The notes: generated by a model from the sequence alone, not told the origin. DNA of 63,023 nucleotides, filler included, from Asterionella formosa (GCA_002256025.1; 27 parts of 27 records of this genome joined end to end with filler, not necessarily neighbours in it), one strand, 5' to 3'. Numbered from the whole stretch's first letter, positions 34,753 through 48,710 are shown. Numbers and translations: made by a program.

Positions 34753-35361
34753 AGTGATCACTGATGTTGTTATATGCTTGTCAACATTACGGGAAGTCAT
34801 GCATGTATATGTTTATCCATAAAATATTCCGTATGCTAATTATCTATCATACTAGGGCAATGGTGGCCACTACCTGGTACCGTATATCTAATCTGAGCAT
34901 GATTCCAGCCATACCGGTAGTCTACTTGGTAGTACTGTGCTCCTTTTTCGTACCGGTATACGGTACATATTTTTAGTGAATACATGCCTATATACCGGTA
35001 GGATAACATGCGTATAAACAGGATTACTGGTGGTACCGGTACTGGTACGGTCGTATATGCAACTACTCTTGTACCGTACTACCGGCACATCCGGAATACC
35101 TAAAATAAAAGTGTGTACCGGTGTAACATACCGTTAGTACCAACTCCGTATTCCCTGACACAATCATGATCGTATGTGATGATCGCATCCTGACGGTCCC
35201 TGTGCTCCTGTCCCATCAATCCTTGTTTCATTTATTCATGCATTCATTCATTCATTCATTCNNNNNNNNNNNNNNNNNNNNNNNNNNNNNNNNNNNNNNN
35301 NNNNNTTAATTAATTAANNNNNNNNNNNNNNNNNNNNNNNNNNNNNNNNNNNNNNNNNNNN

Positions 35362-35533
35362 TAGCCAGCTAAATAAGCCTATGCAGCAACCTGAGAAGGA
35401 GCAGGTGAAGGAAGAAACAGTGAATGATGAACCTGTCAAGGAAGCACTTCCAAAAGCTGTGGTACCATGGGGAGGAGGGAAATCGTTTGCCGATGTTCTC
35501 AAGCAGGAGTCTGTGGAAAGTTCGTCTTCATAA
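35362..35533 (+). CDS. 3' end of an unidentified host gene
   Basis: Open from the contig edge: ..PEKEQVKEETVNDEPVKEALPKAVVPWGGGKSFADVLKQESVESSSS*. Confidence 0.5.
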
Positions 35534-36939
35534 CAGTGCAACATGCTATCAGCACGCAGATGAAATGTAGTAGAATCTAACAAAGGAAAGTGATACTGTC
35601 AAAACATATGGAAAGATCCCGAAACTGACCAAAACCAACAACAATTTCCAAATAAAAATGTATGACACAAAGTCAGGTGGTCGCCACGATGCTATGTTGA
35701 GTACTATTTATTTTGGTGCCTTCACAAGTGTCGATCAGTTAAAGCTAAAAGCAATAAGTAGTCTCATGTCGATCTGGTTCTAGCCATCTTGACTGCTTCT
35801 GAAAGGTAGCAGAGCACAAACCAGGTAGATGCTGAAGCATAAGATTGACTCTTCTTTTTCGAGTGCGTATGGATTACCGGTAGTCATTGAGGCGGTTCAA
35901 GCTTTGTTGCTCGATGAATTTCGGGATTGAATGTCAAATCATGGAGCTGAATAGAAAGTATGTTGTTACTGTATGATTTGCAACATCACGGGATGAATAA
36001 CAATAGCAAGAGTGGAAAAGATAGTCCACGATTTGAGAACACTATGCAGCCTGCAACCCTTAGAGGACCAAGTCACATCGATTTACTCCCTCTCCGAAAC
36101 GAGTATACGCGCCAGGAGATTGCCAAGGAATGAGTCTCATCAAAACTCGAATCATTTCTAAACGTTCAAACTAAACATTTTTTTTTAAACCTCAACCAAA
36201 CGAAACATTTATTTGGTCCAGAACACTAGTAATGAATAGATGAGCGGCAAATGGCATGCATTGAAAATATTTCTGTGTTTCACGTAAATGAAAGACCTAA
36301 AGGCGAAGCAGTAGCAACTAAGGAAGACCTTGTCTGGGTGAATGGACCAAAGAGTTGTTATCAATCGCATGGACAAAGCAATCGGCGATTTCTCGTTACT
36401 GGCCAAGGATATACGAATTCTNNNNNNNNNNNNNNNNNNNNNNNNNNNNNNNNNNNNNNNNNNNNTTAATTAATTAANNNNNNNNNNNNNNNNNNNNNNN
36501 NNNNNNNNNNNNNNNNNNNNNTGAAGAGGATATGCATCCAATATGTTGAACCACTTCAACCAAATGTTCCTGAGAAGAATATTGATTACAGTGACTGCAT
36601 TAATCAATGGGACATTGATGATGACTTTGATTTTGAATGGATCTAATAGAATCCAATGCATACTTAGTATTTACATATTAGATATAGTTTGTGTGAGAAT
36701 TCTACAATGCAAACCATATCAAAGATGTTAGGAAAACATTGACGCTGCTCTATACTAGTAGGAGTGGCGTATGTACTGTATGTAGCGGTATACCTCCACT
36801 TTTTGCTACTATGGTGGAGTGATAATTTCACGACTCTGTATTGTCCAGCACAGCATGATCGGAGTGATGCTAAATTTATTATTATATATTAATTCATTTT
36901 CATTCTATCCTGTTCATATCCTGACTTTGTCATCATTTG

Positions 36940-37579
36940 AAATTTGCAATGTCTTTGTGGACATTGCAATGGTGTTATCTGTGTAACAAATTTCGGAAGA
37001 ACAAATCCCCATCTGAGTCTCACAATCAAAATTGTAGCAACCGTGTTTTTTATGCATATGGTCACTGTCAACATTGCATGCAAGAACATCGAGTTCCTGG
37101 AATACATAATGAAACTATGTATTGCGGTAGTGCTTCGAATCATTCAAGGAAAGAAGAAGTTAATGGCAATGTAACTGCTGCAGCATTAAGGGAGAGTATG
37201 TGTCCTATCCTTGAATCAAGTGGCCATAATCATCCATTTCATGACGACAGCGATGTTGAACAAACAAATACAGATTGATAACAATTGAAACATGGTCATC
37301 CCAAGCACACTCCATTATTTCGAACCAGTACAGCTCATGCCAGGATTGTTACGTGATTCCGATATCATGCAACATTTTGTATGTCACCCACAAGTGAAAC
37401 TTACAACTTGTGGAGAACTCATATATGACAAAGTAACTTCCGCGACTTGGTTTGAAAATGCATTCAACAATTCTCCTGCATCAGAAAAAGGAGTGTTGAA
37501 GACAGGGTGTTTATTTTACGCCCTAGAGGTTTTCAGTGATGGTTCACCTAGTATTGATAAACAAATGAAACATTCCAAG
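36940..37579 (+). mobile_element. Possible Plavaka/CMC-like transposase N-terminal fragment, frameshifted
   Basis: Cys/His-rich start (CLCGHCNG), then GELIYDKVTSATWFENAFNNSP..YALEVFSDGSPSIDKQMKHS, resembling the Y.E..TG.W..P..L..D.T..D motif. Confidence 0.4.
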
Positions 37580-37679
37580 NNNNNNNNNNNNNNNNNNNNN
37601 NNNNNNNNNNNNNNNNNNNNNNNTTAATTAATTAANNNNNNNNNNNNNNNNNNNNNNNNNNNNNNNNNNNNNNNNNNNN

Positions 37680-38178
37680 AATCTATCAAAGTCAATCCAC
37701 CCAATGCACTGGGAATGATCCCATTAAGTGCATTGGAACCGAGGTGCAAAAAACTCAACTTTGTCAATCGACCCAAGGCACTGGGAATCTTCCCCGTGAG
37801 CTCATTTTTGCTGAGGTCCAAATAATTTAACTTCGTCAATCGACCCAAAGCACTTGGAATTGTCCCCGTGATTTTATTGTTGTAGAGGTCCAAGGTAGTC
37901 AACTTTGTGAGTCCAATAATGGATTGTGGAATGACTCCTGATGCAGCATTGAATAAAACCAACGATGTAGTAGAATTGCAAGGACATGTTTGTCCAAACA
38001 AAAATACCTCATTCTTCACTGCATCGCATGCCTTGATACATTTCATTTTGCCTTTGCTGTCGGGCCCATAATAGAATCCAGGCTTCTTCTCACACTTCGC
38101 TGAGGCCTTCGAAGCCGACACATCAACGACAACAGTTGCAGCAACGAGAACGAAAAGAAACATCCCCACAAGCTTCAT
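37680..38178 (-). CDS. Secreted LRR protein, 5' part
   Basis: Signal peptide MKLVGMFLFVLVAATVVVDVSA, a Cys-rich N-cap, then LxxLDLxxNxxTGxIPSALGRLT repeats to the contig edge. Confidence 0.88.
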
Positions 38179-38837
38179 GTTGATATCGACTGAAAGAAGT
38201 AGCAATGAAATCAACTTTGTGGAAGTTTTGTATTCTTTTTATGGTGTTGTTACTGATTTGAGGATGATACCGGTAGTAGTGATACACTATTCTTATAGCA
38301 CATGCCATGTGAGTCGGGAAAACAATATGGCATTCATTGTCATAGTCGCATATGTAGAATAAATGAAAATATGTTCTTTACCGGGATTTATTTACGCGCG
38401 TCACGACGGATATAGTGTTGTAGATAAAATATTACTAGACCATGAATAGCGTTTAAGAATTATTCCTGCAGTGCGTGAAAAAAGAAAATGATAGCAGCCA
38501 GGAGCAGCAAATATTTAGTCGTCATTGCCGTTCTACTTACTCCTCCCTTTGGTTGAAAATAATTGCATCAAATCGCCGGAACCACTAGCGTCTTTGCTGT
38601 TCGCTTATGCACCACCTTAATTCTTCGTTTTTCTGAAGAGCGGTTCGGACTGGTGTTGTTGATTGTTGATCCACATCATCCAGCTCATTGCCAACAGTTG
38701 GCAAGCAATGGTGCAGAGAAGAAAAATTTACTTGCCCNNNNNNNNNNNNNNNNNNNNNNNNNNNNNNNNNNNNNNNNNNNNTTAATTAATTAANNNNNNN
38801 NNNNNNNNNNNNNNNNNNNNNNNNNNNNNNNNNNNNN

Positions 38838-39895
38838 ATATTTTCCATGAACATCAGTTCAACAATTCCACTTTGTTCACTTCCCCGAAGTGACTGACCT
38901 TGTGGAACTCCAGCCAAAACAAGAAGATTGGACTTAAAGCTGATCTCCAACTGCCTGCTCATGGCAGTTGTCCTTTGATGAACAACTATGTCATACAGGC
39001 TGTTGAACCTGGCATATCCCTTTGCGTCCCAGCCACCATATCTCTTTCCCTGTCCTCCAGTACCGGTATAAACGTATTTTGGTGCAGGAGTATCATCTTC
39101 ATGACCTTTCATCATTGCCTTATGCAACCAGACATCCCAACAATTCTCCAAGACCAACAATGAAAAAACCTTGTCAGAAACACTAACAATGTCACTGACA
39201 TGCTTCTTAGCACACTGTCGTTTACAAGACAGCTTTCGCCCAACCCTGGAATAAAAGTACTCAACTAGAAGGAAGAAAGGATGATTCTTGGCTGTTGGAG
39301 ATGGTATGCTTATTCAGATGAATGTGCATACCATCACGAAAAAGTCCTGAAGTTTTGTAGATTGGAATGGAATGATTTGTAAGTAGTAAACAATGAGTAT
39401 GTTAACCAAGTCAAGAACAAATCAGGCATACCACCAAGTCAAGTTGTTTACTTACTAGCAAAGGCATGTTTGAGAGTGGTAACAACGGCATTTCTTTTCT
39501 CAGACATCACTTTATTAATATCATTCTTATATGTCTGCCAAATTGACTCGAAGTCCTTATCGGTTCCCATGAATAGACTTGGGAAGTGAGCACGAAATGA
39601 GAGTGCCAGACTAGTTGGTCCCCTTTCATCAAGTTCAATATCACCTGTGATAAACTTGACTTTTGGGAAAAGTTCAAGTTTGACCCATTGACCAACATTT
39701 CGGGTCCAATGCTTGTCTCTTCCAATGCCATGGCCACCAGAAAGTTGAAGTCTTTGCTTCTCCGTTACTTCCCGAAGCTCTTCAATCTCTTTTCTACTTT
39801 TCTTCAACTCAGATTGAAGAAACTCTAAGGAAAGGTTTGTTTCAATTCCCTTGTGATCAGAAATAGTCGAAATGTTTTTCTTACCATCAGTTGAT
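38838..39895 (-). pseudogene. Spliced, partly decayed hypothetical protein, possibly transposon-associated
   Basis: Coiled coil, then VKLELFPKVKFI..IW..SEKRN, a GTAAGT-like donor near 39453, then VSDIVSVSDKVFSLLVLENCWDVW..KY..RYGGWDAKGYARFNSL. Confidence 0.4.
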
Positions 39896-39995
39896 NNNNN
39901 NNNNNNNNNNNNNNNNNNNNNNNNNNNNNNNNNNNNNNNTTAATTAATTAANNNNNNNNNNNNNNNNNNNNNNNNNNNNNNNNNNNNNNNNNNNN

Positions 39996-41053
39996 GGTTC
40001 ATGTTATTACTAGTAGAAACATACAACGACACGGTAAGTTCAAGGAATAATTAATCTCTTTGCCTTACACAGTGTCAGTCTCTCATCTCTTTCCACTCCC
40101 ATGCTAACCCTTCTCAATAGTCATTCTAAGACTCTCTTCGAGTTTCCACTTAACATTTCCATAGAAATCTTCAATCTCTGATCTCGTTAGACAGCTGATT
40201 GACGTGGCAATGCAATATTCGACTCGTTCGATTACAATCGAGTCCACAATCCTTGTGACTCGGGCTAATATTCTTGACATCCTCCCCATTGCCACGCTCA
40301 AGAGGCTGTAACATCGTTCCACTCTGAACTGGTTCGGACAATCTCGTATGAATCTGTTCCTTCACGTTCTTGGTCATAATGTCCGCAAAATTATCTTCCG
40401 ACCTTATAAAAATGACTTCCAATTCTTCATCCTCAATCATGTCCTTTACATGATGATACTTAATATCAATATGTTTTGTCCTGGTTCCGATTTGCTGATT
40501 CTTCGCGATAAAAATAGCTCCTGTATTGTCTTCTCGTAGGATACTTGGTAACATGACCTTTCCACCAGTAACCTCATTCAGTAGCATTGCTATAAACTTG
40601 ATCTCTTGTCCACACTGGGACATCGCCACATACTCGGCTTCCGTACTGGACAGCGTAACCGTTTGTTGTCCCTTCGACTGCCAACTGATAAGTGCCCCGC
40701 CAATAGTAACAAGATAGCCAGTCGTGCTCTTCCTGTTAACCTTATTAGCAGCCCAGTCACTGTCCACGTAGGCAATGACTCTTAACTCTTTTGGCTTACG
40801 CAACTTGAGAACTCTATCCTCCATATTGGATAGGTAACCAATGACTCTTGCCACTGCATGCCATTGTTCTTCACCTGGGCAACTTAAATGAGCCGATAGT
40901 TCCCGAACCGCATTCGCACAGTCCGGCGAATCCTTCTTTGTAGACCATAGTAACTTGCCCACAATTTTTCGATATTCTCCTTCCATAATGACTTCACCGT
41001 CATTCTTGTTCAATGTCTTTCCTGGTACACCCGGCGTTGCGTACGACTTAATT
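39996..41053 (-). mobile_element. Ty1/copia RT C-terminus, RNase H, PPT and start of the 3' LTR
   Basis: YRKIVGKLLW; AYVDSDWA..RKSTTGY; WQSKGQQTVTLSSTEAEY; EDNTGAI; RTKHIDIKYH; ADIMTKN. Purine tract AATGGGGAGGA (40290-40280) is followed by TG at 40279. Confidence 0.97.
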
Positions 41054-41153
41054 NNNNNNNNNNNNNNNNNNNNNNNNNNNNNNNNNNNNNNNNNNNNTTA
41101 ATTAATTAANNNNNNNNNNNNNNNNNNNNNNNNNNNNNNNNNNNNNNNNNNNN

Positions 41154-42211
41154 TTGCACAGGGTAAGAACAGATTGACGACTTTGTACTTTCCAGTACAA
41201 GTTCTGACATTGCTTTAACAATAGCATTCACACTGTCATCTTCCATACAAACTTGCATTCTGTCTTCATTGTCGGAAATGTATTGAGCAGCCTTTCTTGC
41301 AACCACACCATCCAGCAGAGCCGTAATCTCCATCTTTCTTGATTTCCATGATTTGCTAGGAAAGTAGCAATGTAGGAACAATAAATCATCTCGTCGCATG
41401 TGGCATTCCTTGGCTGGCCTGTAATCCACGCAGTAATCAGTATGCATAGGAATATCATAAGATGACCCCCTATAGACTTTCGGAGCAACAGAAACAGAGC
41501 TTGCTTTCGAGATCACTTGAGGTACCAATCCGTCTCCAGGTGCATAGTAGGGATGCAGTGAGACAGTCGGCAGCCATTGAAGCTTGAATACTTTCGCTGG
41601 CGAAATGTCGGCTGGATTCTCACTCAGAAGAGGGGACTTCATAATTTGCACAGGGTAAGAACAGATTGACGACTTTGTACTTTCCAGTACAACGTCTGGC
41701 ATTACATTTACAATAGCAGTCACACTGGCAACCTTCATACAAACTTGTATTTTGCCTTCATTATCGGAAATGTATTCAGCAATCCATGTCTCAATATTCC
41801 CATCCAATTCTCCAAACACTTCCACCAACACAGCCCCTGACACAAAACTCAACACTTCCGCCACATCCAACCACAAGATCGACCCATACGCCAACAAGTG
41901 CGACAAGAACGAAGCCTCAGACAAGACGAACACAAACGAAAAGCCAAGCAATTGCACCAACAACGTGGTCCCCGACACATATGCCAACAAGTGCGACAAG
42001 AACGAAGCCTCCGACAAGACGAACACAAACACAAACCCCAGCAATTGCACCAACAACGTGGTCCCCGACATATATGCCAACAATTGCGACAAGAACGAAG
42101 CCCCCGACAAGACGAACACAAAAACAAACACGTATTCCAACACTTGCACCAACAACGTGGTCCCCGAAACATATGCCAACAAGTGCGACAAGAACGAAAC
42201 CCCCGACAAGA
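41154..42211. repeat. Repetitive coding-like contig: ~93-bp tandem units (41880-42211) and a ~150-bp segment duplicated at 41154 and 41645
   Basis: One minus frame is open across the whole contig; the plus frame gives PTTWSPTHMPTSAT mucin-like repeats. The coding strand is unresolved. Confidence 0.7.
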
Positions 42212-43125
42212 NNNNNNNNNNNNNNNNNNNNNNNNNNNNNNNNNNNNNNNNNNNNTTAATTAATTAANNNNNNNNNNNNNNNNNNNNNNNNNNNNNNNNN
42301 NNNNNNNNNNNAATGTACTACTAGCCAGTGGTAGGCAACCCGTTCATAATCATTCAATTAAGAGTTTACAGGAGAGAAGAAACCATTCGAACTCGTAATG
42401 TTTCCGCACACAGCGCACAAAGTATATCCGTTTCGTCCACTTCAGCATGACAATCTCGCCAATCAACCCGTAAACAAACACATTCTACTTGTTCTCGATG
42501 AAATTTTCAATTCTCACATGATACTACATCTACTATTGAGATTTAGCATAGAAGGAGATACGAAAATGTGCATAACAGACTACTGTCCACATAGCTATAG
42601 TAATAGAATGATTCTGATTAGAATGCATTTCATTTTCATATCGCTCGCTCGTTCTACATTTGACATACTGTAGTTGAATTAACTATTGAACTTGTCCGCA
42701 TCTTTGATGCCATCAACAGAGCGAAAGCAAGTGGCTCTTTTCATTGTTGTTTCATCGTAGGAAAAATTTGAAATCCGTATCATCATTTGCTTGTTGGAAT
42801 TGTCCGTTGCCTCAAACTTGCTTACCGTGTGCGTGCACACACTGTCGACTTGTTTTCAATGGTATGTTGTTCTAGTATTCACTGTTGAACTTGTCCGCAT
42901 CTTTGTTACCATCAATAGAGCGACACAGACGAAGTGGGTCTCTTCATTGTTGTTTGCTCCTGGAAAAGTCGGTGTCCGTGTCCGTGTCATCCTCATCAAT
43001 AGAGAGACAAGTTCTTTTGTTGGAAAAATTGGTACCCATGGTATCATCATTCGCTTGTTGGAACCACTGTCCGTTGCCTCAAACCTGATTAGCGTGTGTG
43101 TATGTGCACTGCCGACTTTTGTACA

Positions 43126-43368
43126 TTACAGGCGGAGTGACTTCGCTACTAAATTGCTATATATTTGTTCAGATCCGTTCTTCCATTGCAAATCTTCCTT
43201 CAATAGGTCAAACTCGTCAACCTTGAGCATTTGCCTTCCAGCGGCATCGTAGGACTGAAGCGCGTCCAGAAAGATACGCTCCTTTTCGGCTACTGTGAGA
43301 CGAATGAGTTCCCCACTTTCCGGATCAACGACACAGTATTCCTCGTCAGGACTAGTTTCGTTTTTGCT
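43126..43368 (-). pseudogene. PGRL1: PGR5-like protein 1 fragment, truncated
   Basis: Not in the ORF track. DEEYCVVDPESGELIRLTVAEKERIFLDALQSYDAAGRQMLKVDEFDLLKEDLQWKNGSE matches the PGRL1 YC..E..FL.ALQS.Y..G..M...EFD.LKE.L.W.GS region. Similarity then ends and a stop follows. Confidence 0.85.
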
Positions 43369-44626
43369 TNNNNNNNNNNNNNNNNNNNNNNNNNNNNNNN
43401 NNNNNNNNNNNNNTTAATTAATTAANNNNNNNNNNNNNNNNNNNNNNNNNNNNNNNNNNNNNNNNNNNNAATCATCCATGTGGACAAAAGAAATCGGTAA
43501 GTGCTGCCTATCAGCCATCTTTGGATCAATCTACAACTGTTAGAAAAACTGACACATATGTGTTGCTTCTTTCAGGATAATGGTAGACAAACAGTATTTG
43601 TAAGTTACAAACAGCAGTGTTGGAGCCCATTTATTGATCGATACTTTGCTTCTCATTCAATCTTCGACTGACACATTCTTCTACAGAAATATGCATCAGT
43701 TACCTCCTCAAGTGAAGGCAGATAGAAGCGAAATGCATGTTGTTGTGTAAGCAAAACATGAACACCAGCTAACAATGAATTGCTTCTCTTTGTTAGTATG
43801 GCTGATTGGAACAACGAAACGGATTCAATAGTGCGTGAATGCAAACTCAGAACCCTCAGGAGTAAATGGAATAAAGCAAGCAGGGGAACAACGGCAAGGC
43901 AACCAGTACAACAACCTTCAGAATTGGATTGGGGGGAATGTGGAAGTGAAAGTGAAAGCTGAAGCACCAATCATTGCGATGAGAGCATTGTAGAACATTC
44001 TGTAGCCACTCAAGATCTAGAAACATAAAACCATTCTTATATATAGTTCTAAATTTCGATCAATTTCATCTTTTTTTAGACAGTGATATCGATGAGAATT
44101 ACGATCATGCTAAGATAGATGTATGACAAAAGTATACACATCATATGACCATGCTTATCTAATTATATGATGCAATGGTATTATAGCTATGATAGTCTCA
44201 TCATACTTCAAGCTCGGTAAAAGTTTACTGCATGATCATAATTATATGATACATTGATCATATTTTTGATCGAAAAACAATCATATATTTGAAAATCCTG
44301 TGCCACTTAGCGTACGATACCCTTGATCATATTTTCATGATACTTTTTATTTACAGACAAGCATAGCAGGGGATATGCACAAAGAAGCAAGAGACTGTCT
44401 ATGTATAGTGACAGAGTGATTCTGGTTTTGAAATTTTCATGTCTCATCAGATTTCCTTTGTCATCGTACTATTTCCTTACCTTTGACAACAGGAGCATGT
44501 TCTTTGATGTATCTGGAACAGTTCAANNNNNNNNNNNNNNNNNNNNNNNNNNNNNNNNNNNNNNNNNNNNTTAATTAATTAANNNNNNNNNNNNNNNNNN
44601 NNNNNNNNNNNNNNNNNNNNNNNNNN

Positions 44627-45683
44627 GTTGAATAGCTACACAGCACTTACTGCTGGTCGAAAAGATGCATTTGGCTTAATAGAGAGCAACACCAGTCTTC
44701 GCCATGATCTTATGTCCTTGTGTTCTGACTTCTTGAATGAGCAAGGCATGATGCAACATATTGAGACCAAATTGGAATGGAAGTAATGCTTACTCCAAAA
44801 TGCCATGCCAAGATAGCTGGGGAAGGTGTGGAATAGTAGTACATGTGGTGGGCGTGTGCCAAAGGCACATTCCAGAACCTGGCACTGAAGGAGAAGAAGG
44901 GGAAATTGAATTTCATGGCAAGTGTTAGGACATGTTTGTCAGCAGAAGTGATTACAGGAGCCCGAATAAGGAAATTTTCTTGACAAGCTTGCCAGTACAT
45001 GTTGGCTTAGGACTACTACTACCATGCTCTTGATTCTGGCTTATTTGAACCAGAACTGCAACAGCAGCGTTCCAAGCATGGCCCTGTCAAAATCGATGAC
45101 CTAATAAAGAAGATGAAGACACACCAATGTGCCTTGGACTTCGATTACAAGTTTGTAATGAATCTAGATGAATAAAGTGATCACTGATGTTGCTATATGC
45201 TTGTCAACATTACGTGAAGTCATGCATGTAAATGTTTATCCATAAAATATTCCGTATGCTAATTATCTATCATACTAGGGCAATGGTGGCCACTACCGTA
45301 TATCTAATCTGAGCATGATTCCAGCCATACCGGTAGTCTACTTGGTAGTACTGTACTCCTTTTTCGTACCGGTATACGGTACATATTTTTAGTAAATACA
45401 TGCCGATATACCGGTAGGAGAACATGCGTATAAACAGGATAACTGGTGGTACCGGTACTGGTACGGTCGTATATGCAACTACCGGTACTCTTGTACCGTA
45501 CTACTGGTACATCCGGAATACCTAAAATAAAAGTGTGTACTGGTGTAACATACCGGTAGTACCAACTCCGTATTCCCTGACACAATCATGATCGTATGTG
45601 ATGATCGCATCCTGACGGTCCCTGTGCTCCTGTCCCATCAATCCTTGTTTCATTTATTCATGCATTCATTCATTCATTCATTC
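44627..45683 (+). repeat. Near-identical duplicate of contig 34204-35261 (probable allelic haplotig), including the transposase remnant 44627-45175
   Basis: Same start (GTTGAATAGCTACACAGCAC) and same (CATT)n end; differs by scattered SNPs and small indels. Confidence 0.97.
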
Positions 45684-46942
45684 NNNNNNNNNNNNNNNNN
45701 NNNNNNNNNNNNNNNNNNNNNNNNNNNTTAATTAATTAANNNNNNNNNNNNNNNNNNNNNNNNNNNNNNNNNNNNNNNNNNNNAACAATTGGTTTTAACT
45801 AGACCTCTGTATTCAAGTCAGTGGTTGGCGGTGCTAGATTCTAAAGCTGCTGATCTGGCAGACGCACCATTGCCGCCACGACACTTGTTTTCAGGTTGTC
45901 GAACAGAACGAATTTTGGTATATCGGTTGTGTTGATCGCTTATGCTGGTACCGGTAAGTGAATCTACGATACATAGTACGATATGATTTTCCGGTATATT
46001 ACCAGCACCAAAACACACCAATAGAGGAACGCACAGCCAGTATTAAAAAATACACGAATCCTACTCCATGCGTATGTAAAAATGACCACGACCGATATTC
46101 TTGCTGCGAAGATGATGTGCGTTATGATGGGCTGGCTGTCTGATCCCTGAGACGAGCCATGCTGACGATGGAATCGCCGACAAGCAACGCATCAACCAAG
46201 GAGGAGCCGAATTCCTTCTTCGTCGTGTGGTTTGGGCATCTGCAGGGTGATGACTCTCATACCAGTGGACACGAAACAAGATACCTACATACAGCAACTG
46301 TACCAGCATGAGTACTCCGGAGGGCAGTACGGAGTACCTTGTACCATGTATTCCGTTCGAGGTACCTGTGGTACTACCTGCAAGGCACATTTCATGCGGT
46401 CCTCATTTTGCTGAAATTGATAACGTGACGCAGGACAGGCGTCCACTTACATAGAAAAAGTAATCAATTCACTCTTTACGTCAGTATGATCACAAATTAG
46501 CGACGTGGGTTTAAAGCTTACCTACCGGTATTTGAATCTTCCAGATAACGAAACGTCAAAATGTTGGCAAAGGGCTTAAAACTAGCAAATGACTATGACC
46601 GGGGCAATAGAGTGGCAGCCCGAAACATAGTCCTTGTACTACTACTGTGAAAGTGTGTCAAATCTGCTCATAACATCGTCGTTTTCAATTGTGAATCTAT
46701 AAATTGCATTAAAAATGCGCCATCAGCTATTTCAATTTCGGCTGTCAATATCAGTGTTATTACAATAATTCTTTAATGATTTGATTTAATTCTCTATATT
46801 GTTCTTAAATTGATCACATTTGGCTGATTGCTGACTATTTNNNNNNNNNNNNNNNNNNNNNNNNNNNNNNNNNNNNNNNNNNNNTTAATTAATTAANNNN
46901 NNNNNNNNNNNNNNNNNNNNNNNNNNNNNNNNNNNNNNNNAC

Positions 46943-47200
46943 ATCATCATGCTTGGGAACTTCCTTTTATCTGGAGATCTCAGCTGCAAACTGAAATTTC
47001 CTAGTCGACTCTTGAGGCTGAGTATTCTGCACTCATCCACAGCATGAGGACATTGTTGCCAATTCGCACTCTTTTGATTGAACTGGCTACCGCTTTGGAG
47101 CCAGGAGGTTGTAGTACTAGGCTTGGCTTGACAGCTTCCAGCATTTTTGCAAAGACAATGGAAAATAACAAATAATTATATAATTTAGCAAAACCATACT
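46943..47200 (+). mobile_element. Degenerate copia (CoDi) RNase H remnant
   Basis: WRSQLQTEIS*STLEAEYSALIHSMRTLLPIRTLLIEL. Confidence 0.85.
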
Positions 47201-47229
47201 TGTGAAAGCCCTCATTCAACTGCAAAGCT

Positions 47230-47670
47230 TGCTGAAGGCAATACACGCCCGAGGTGGTTTCTTGCCTGCGAGTATACATGTGTTCGAGGCTGGGTGGCGC
47301 GAGTAGGTTGACCGTACGAGTGGCGCCCTACGAGTGCCATCCTAGTCTAGTACACATGTATACGAGAAGGCAAGTAGCCGCCGAGAAGGGTATTGCTGAG
47401 GCAATTCCCGCTCTAGCTATCGTGGCGTCATTCGCTTACCTACTGCCCACAAATTTAGCATAAATGTCAATTTTAGCCTACTATTGCCCATCATATAAGA
47501 TATATTTTGCATATTCCCTATCTTCACCTCGAAAATTGCCAAAGGTCCGATATCGCCCATCATTAAAATATATTTTATATATTTCATATGTTCGCATTTT
47601 GGCAAGACAACAGACATCAATTGCCCCTCGGTTTTCCAGCCCTGGGATTGCCGAAATCGGCAAGGGGTCT
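47230..47670. mobile_element. Second copy of the left end of the 14508-15291 element family
   Basis: 47230-47465 matches 14508-14766 (fold-back loop ~23 bp shorter). The sequence then diverges but contains TTGCCGAAATCGGCAA, echoing TCGGCAAT/ATTGCCGA in the right arm. Confidence 0.85.
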
Positions 47671-48710
47671 ACTTAAGGAAACTATTTTATATACTATACA
47701 GATTCTAATAATTTATATCTAGAATTCACCTCGTTTTTGTTCGTCTCCTGAAAAGTGGACTCCGGCAATTCACCTTTCACCATGCCAATCGTCGTCCATC
47801 ATGACCGGTTTGAAGCGAAATCAGTTCCGCGATGACGCCAGTAGCGATTCTTTGCCTAGTAACGGATGCAGTTGATTGTTGGATTGCTTGTCTTCTCGAG
47901 GTATTCATGTAGTCGCATCGTCCATATTTCGTCGGACGCACGATGATATCGATACATCTGATGTTGGTGGCAAGTTTTTGCTCCGGTCATGTATGTANNN
48001 NNNNNNNNNNNNNNNNNNNNNNNNNNNNNNNNNNNNNNNNNTTAATTAATTAANNNNNNNNNNNNNNNNNNNNNNNNNNNNNNNNNNNNNNNNNNNNCAT
48101 TGTCGATCAAGCAAAATGACAATCAACCTCAAATCTTCCTTGGCGGAAACCTCTTGATCTTCTGGATGAGTTATCATGAGTTTTAGGAGCATCTTTAAGG
48201 TCTTGAGACAGGCAGCAAAGTCGAAGTCGATTATAAACATGTTGAAATGTTTTATTGAGTAATATCATGGCATCAAGCCACTGTTATTGACTCTCAGAGA
48301 TATCATGAAGAAGGTAATCTTCCAGCCACATCACTATGACTTTCTTGTTGAGACTGTTATGGTGGGACTGAGCATTTGAGTGTATTGCAACGCTCATCCA
48401 GTCAGACAAGACGATATCTGTGAGCCATCTTTTGTAGCAGTAGGTGAACAAGCAAGGAATCTGCTGGACTGAAGATATATGTGTTAGCCATATCACAGGA
48501 TTTACTGAAATCAATAAACAAGCTTCCCCTGAGCGTCAATTGATCATATCTTTGCTGTAAGACTCCAAATGTCGACCTGGCTTGTAAGGATACACAAAGA
48601 AGTTTGAATCTTGATGTTTAGTATGTTGTTATCCTTCATCAATGGGACCACTGGAACTTGAGAGGACATCAACAATATTAATTCTAATTGGACTCTTTTT
48701 GAATTCAAAG

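Noticed and set aside
43600..43962. hAT dimerisation-domain remnant
   Set aside because: Only a faint resemblance (ASVTSSSE..ELLLFV) with stops; not enough to call.
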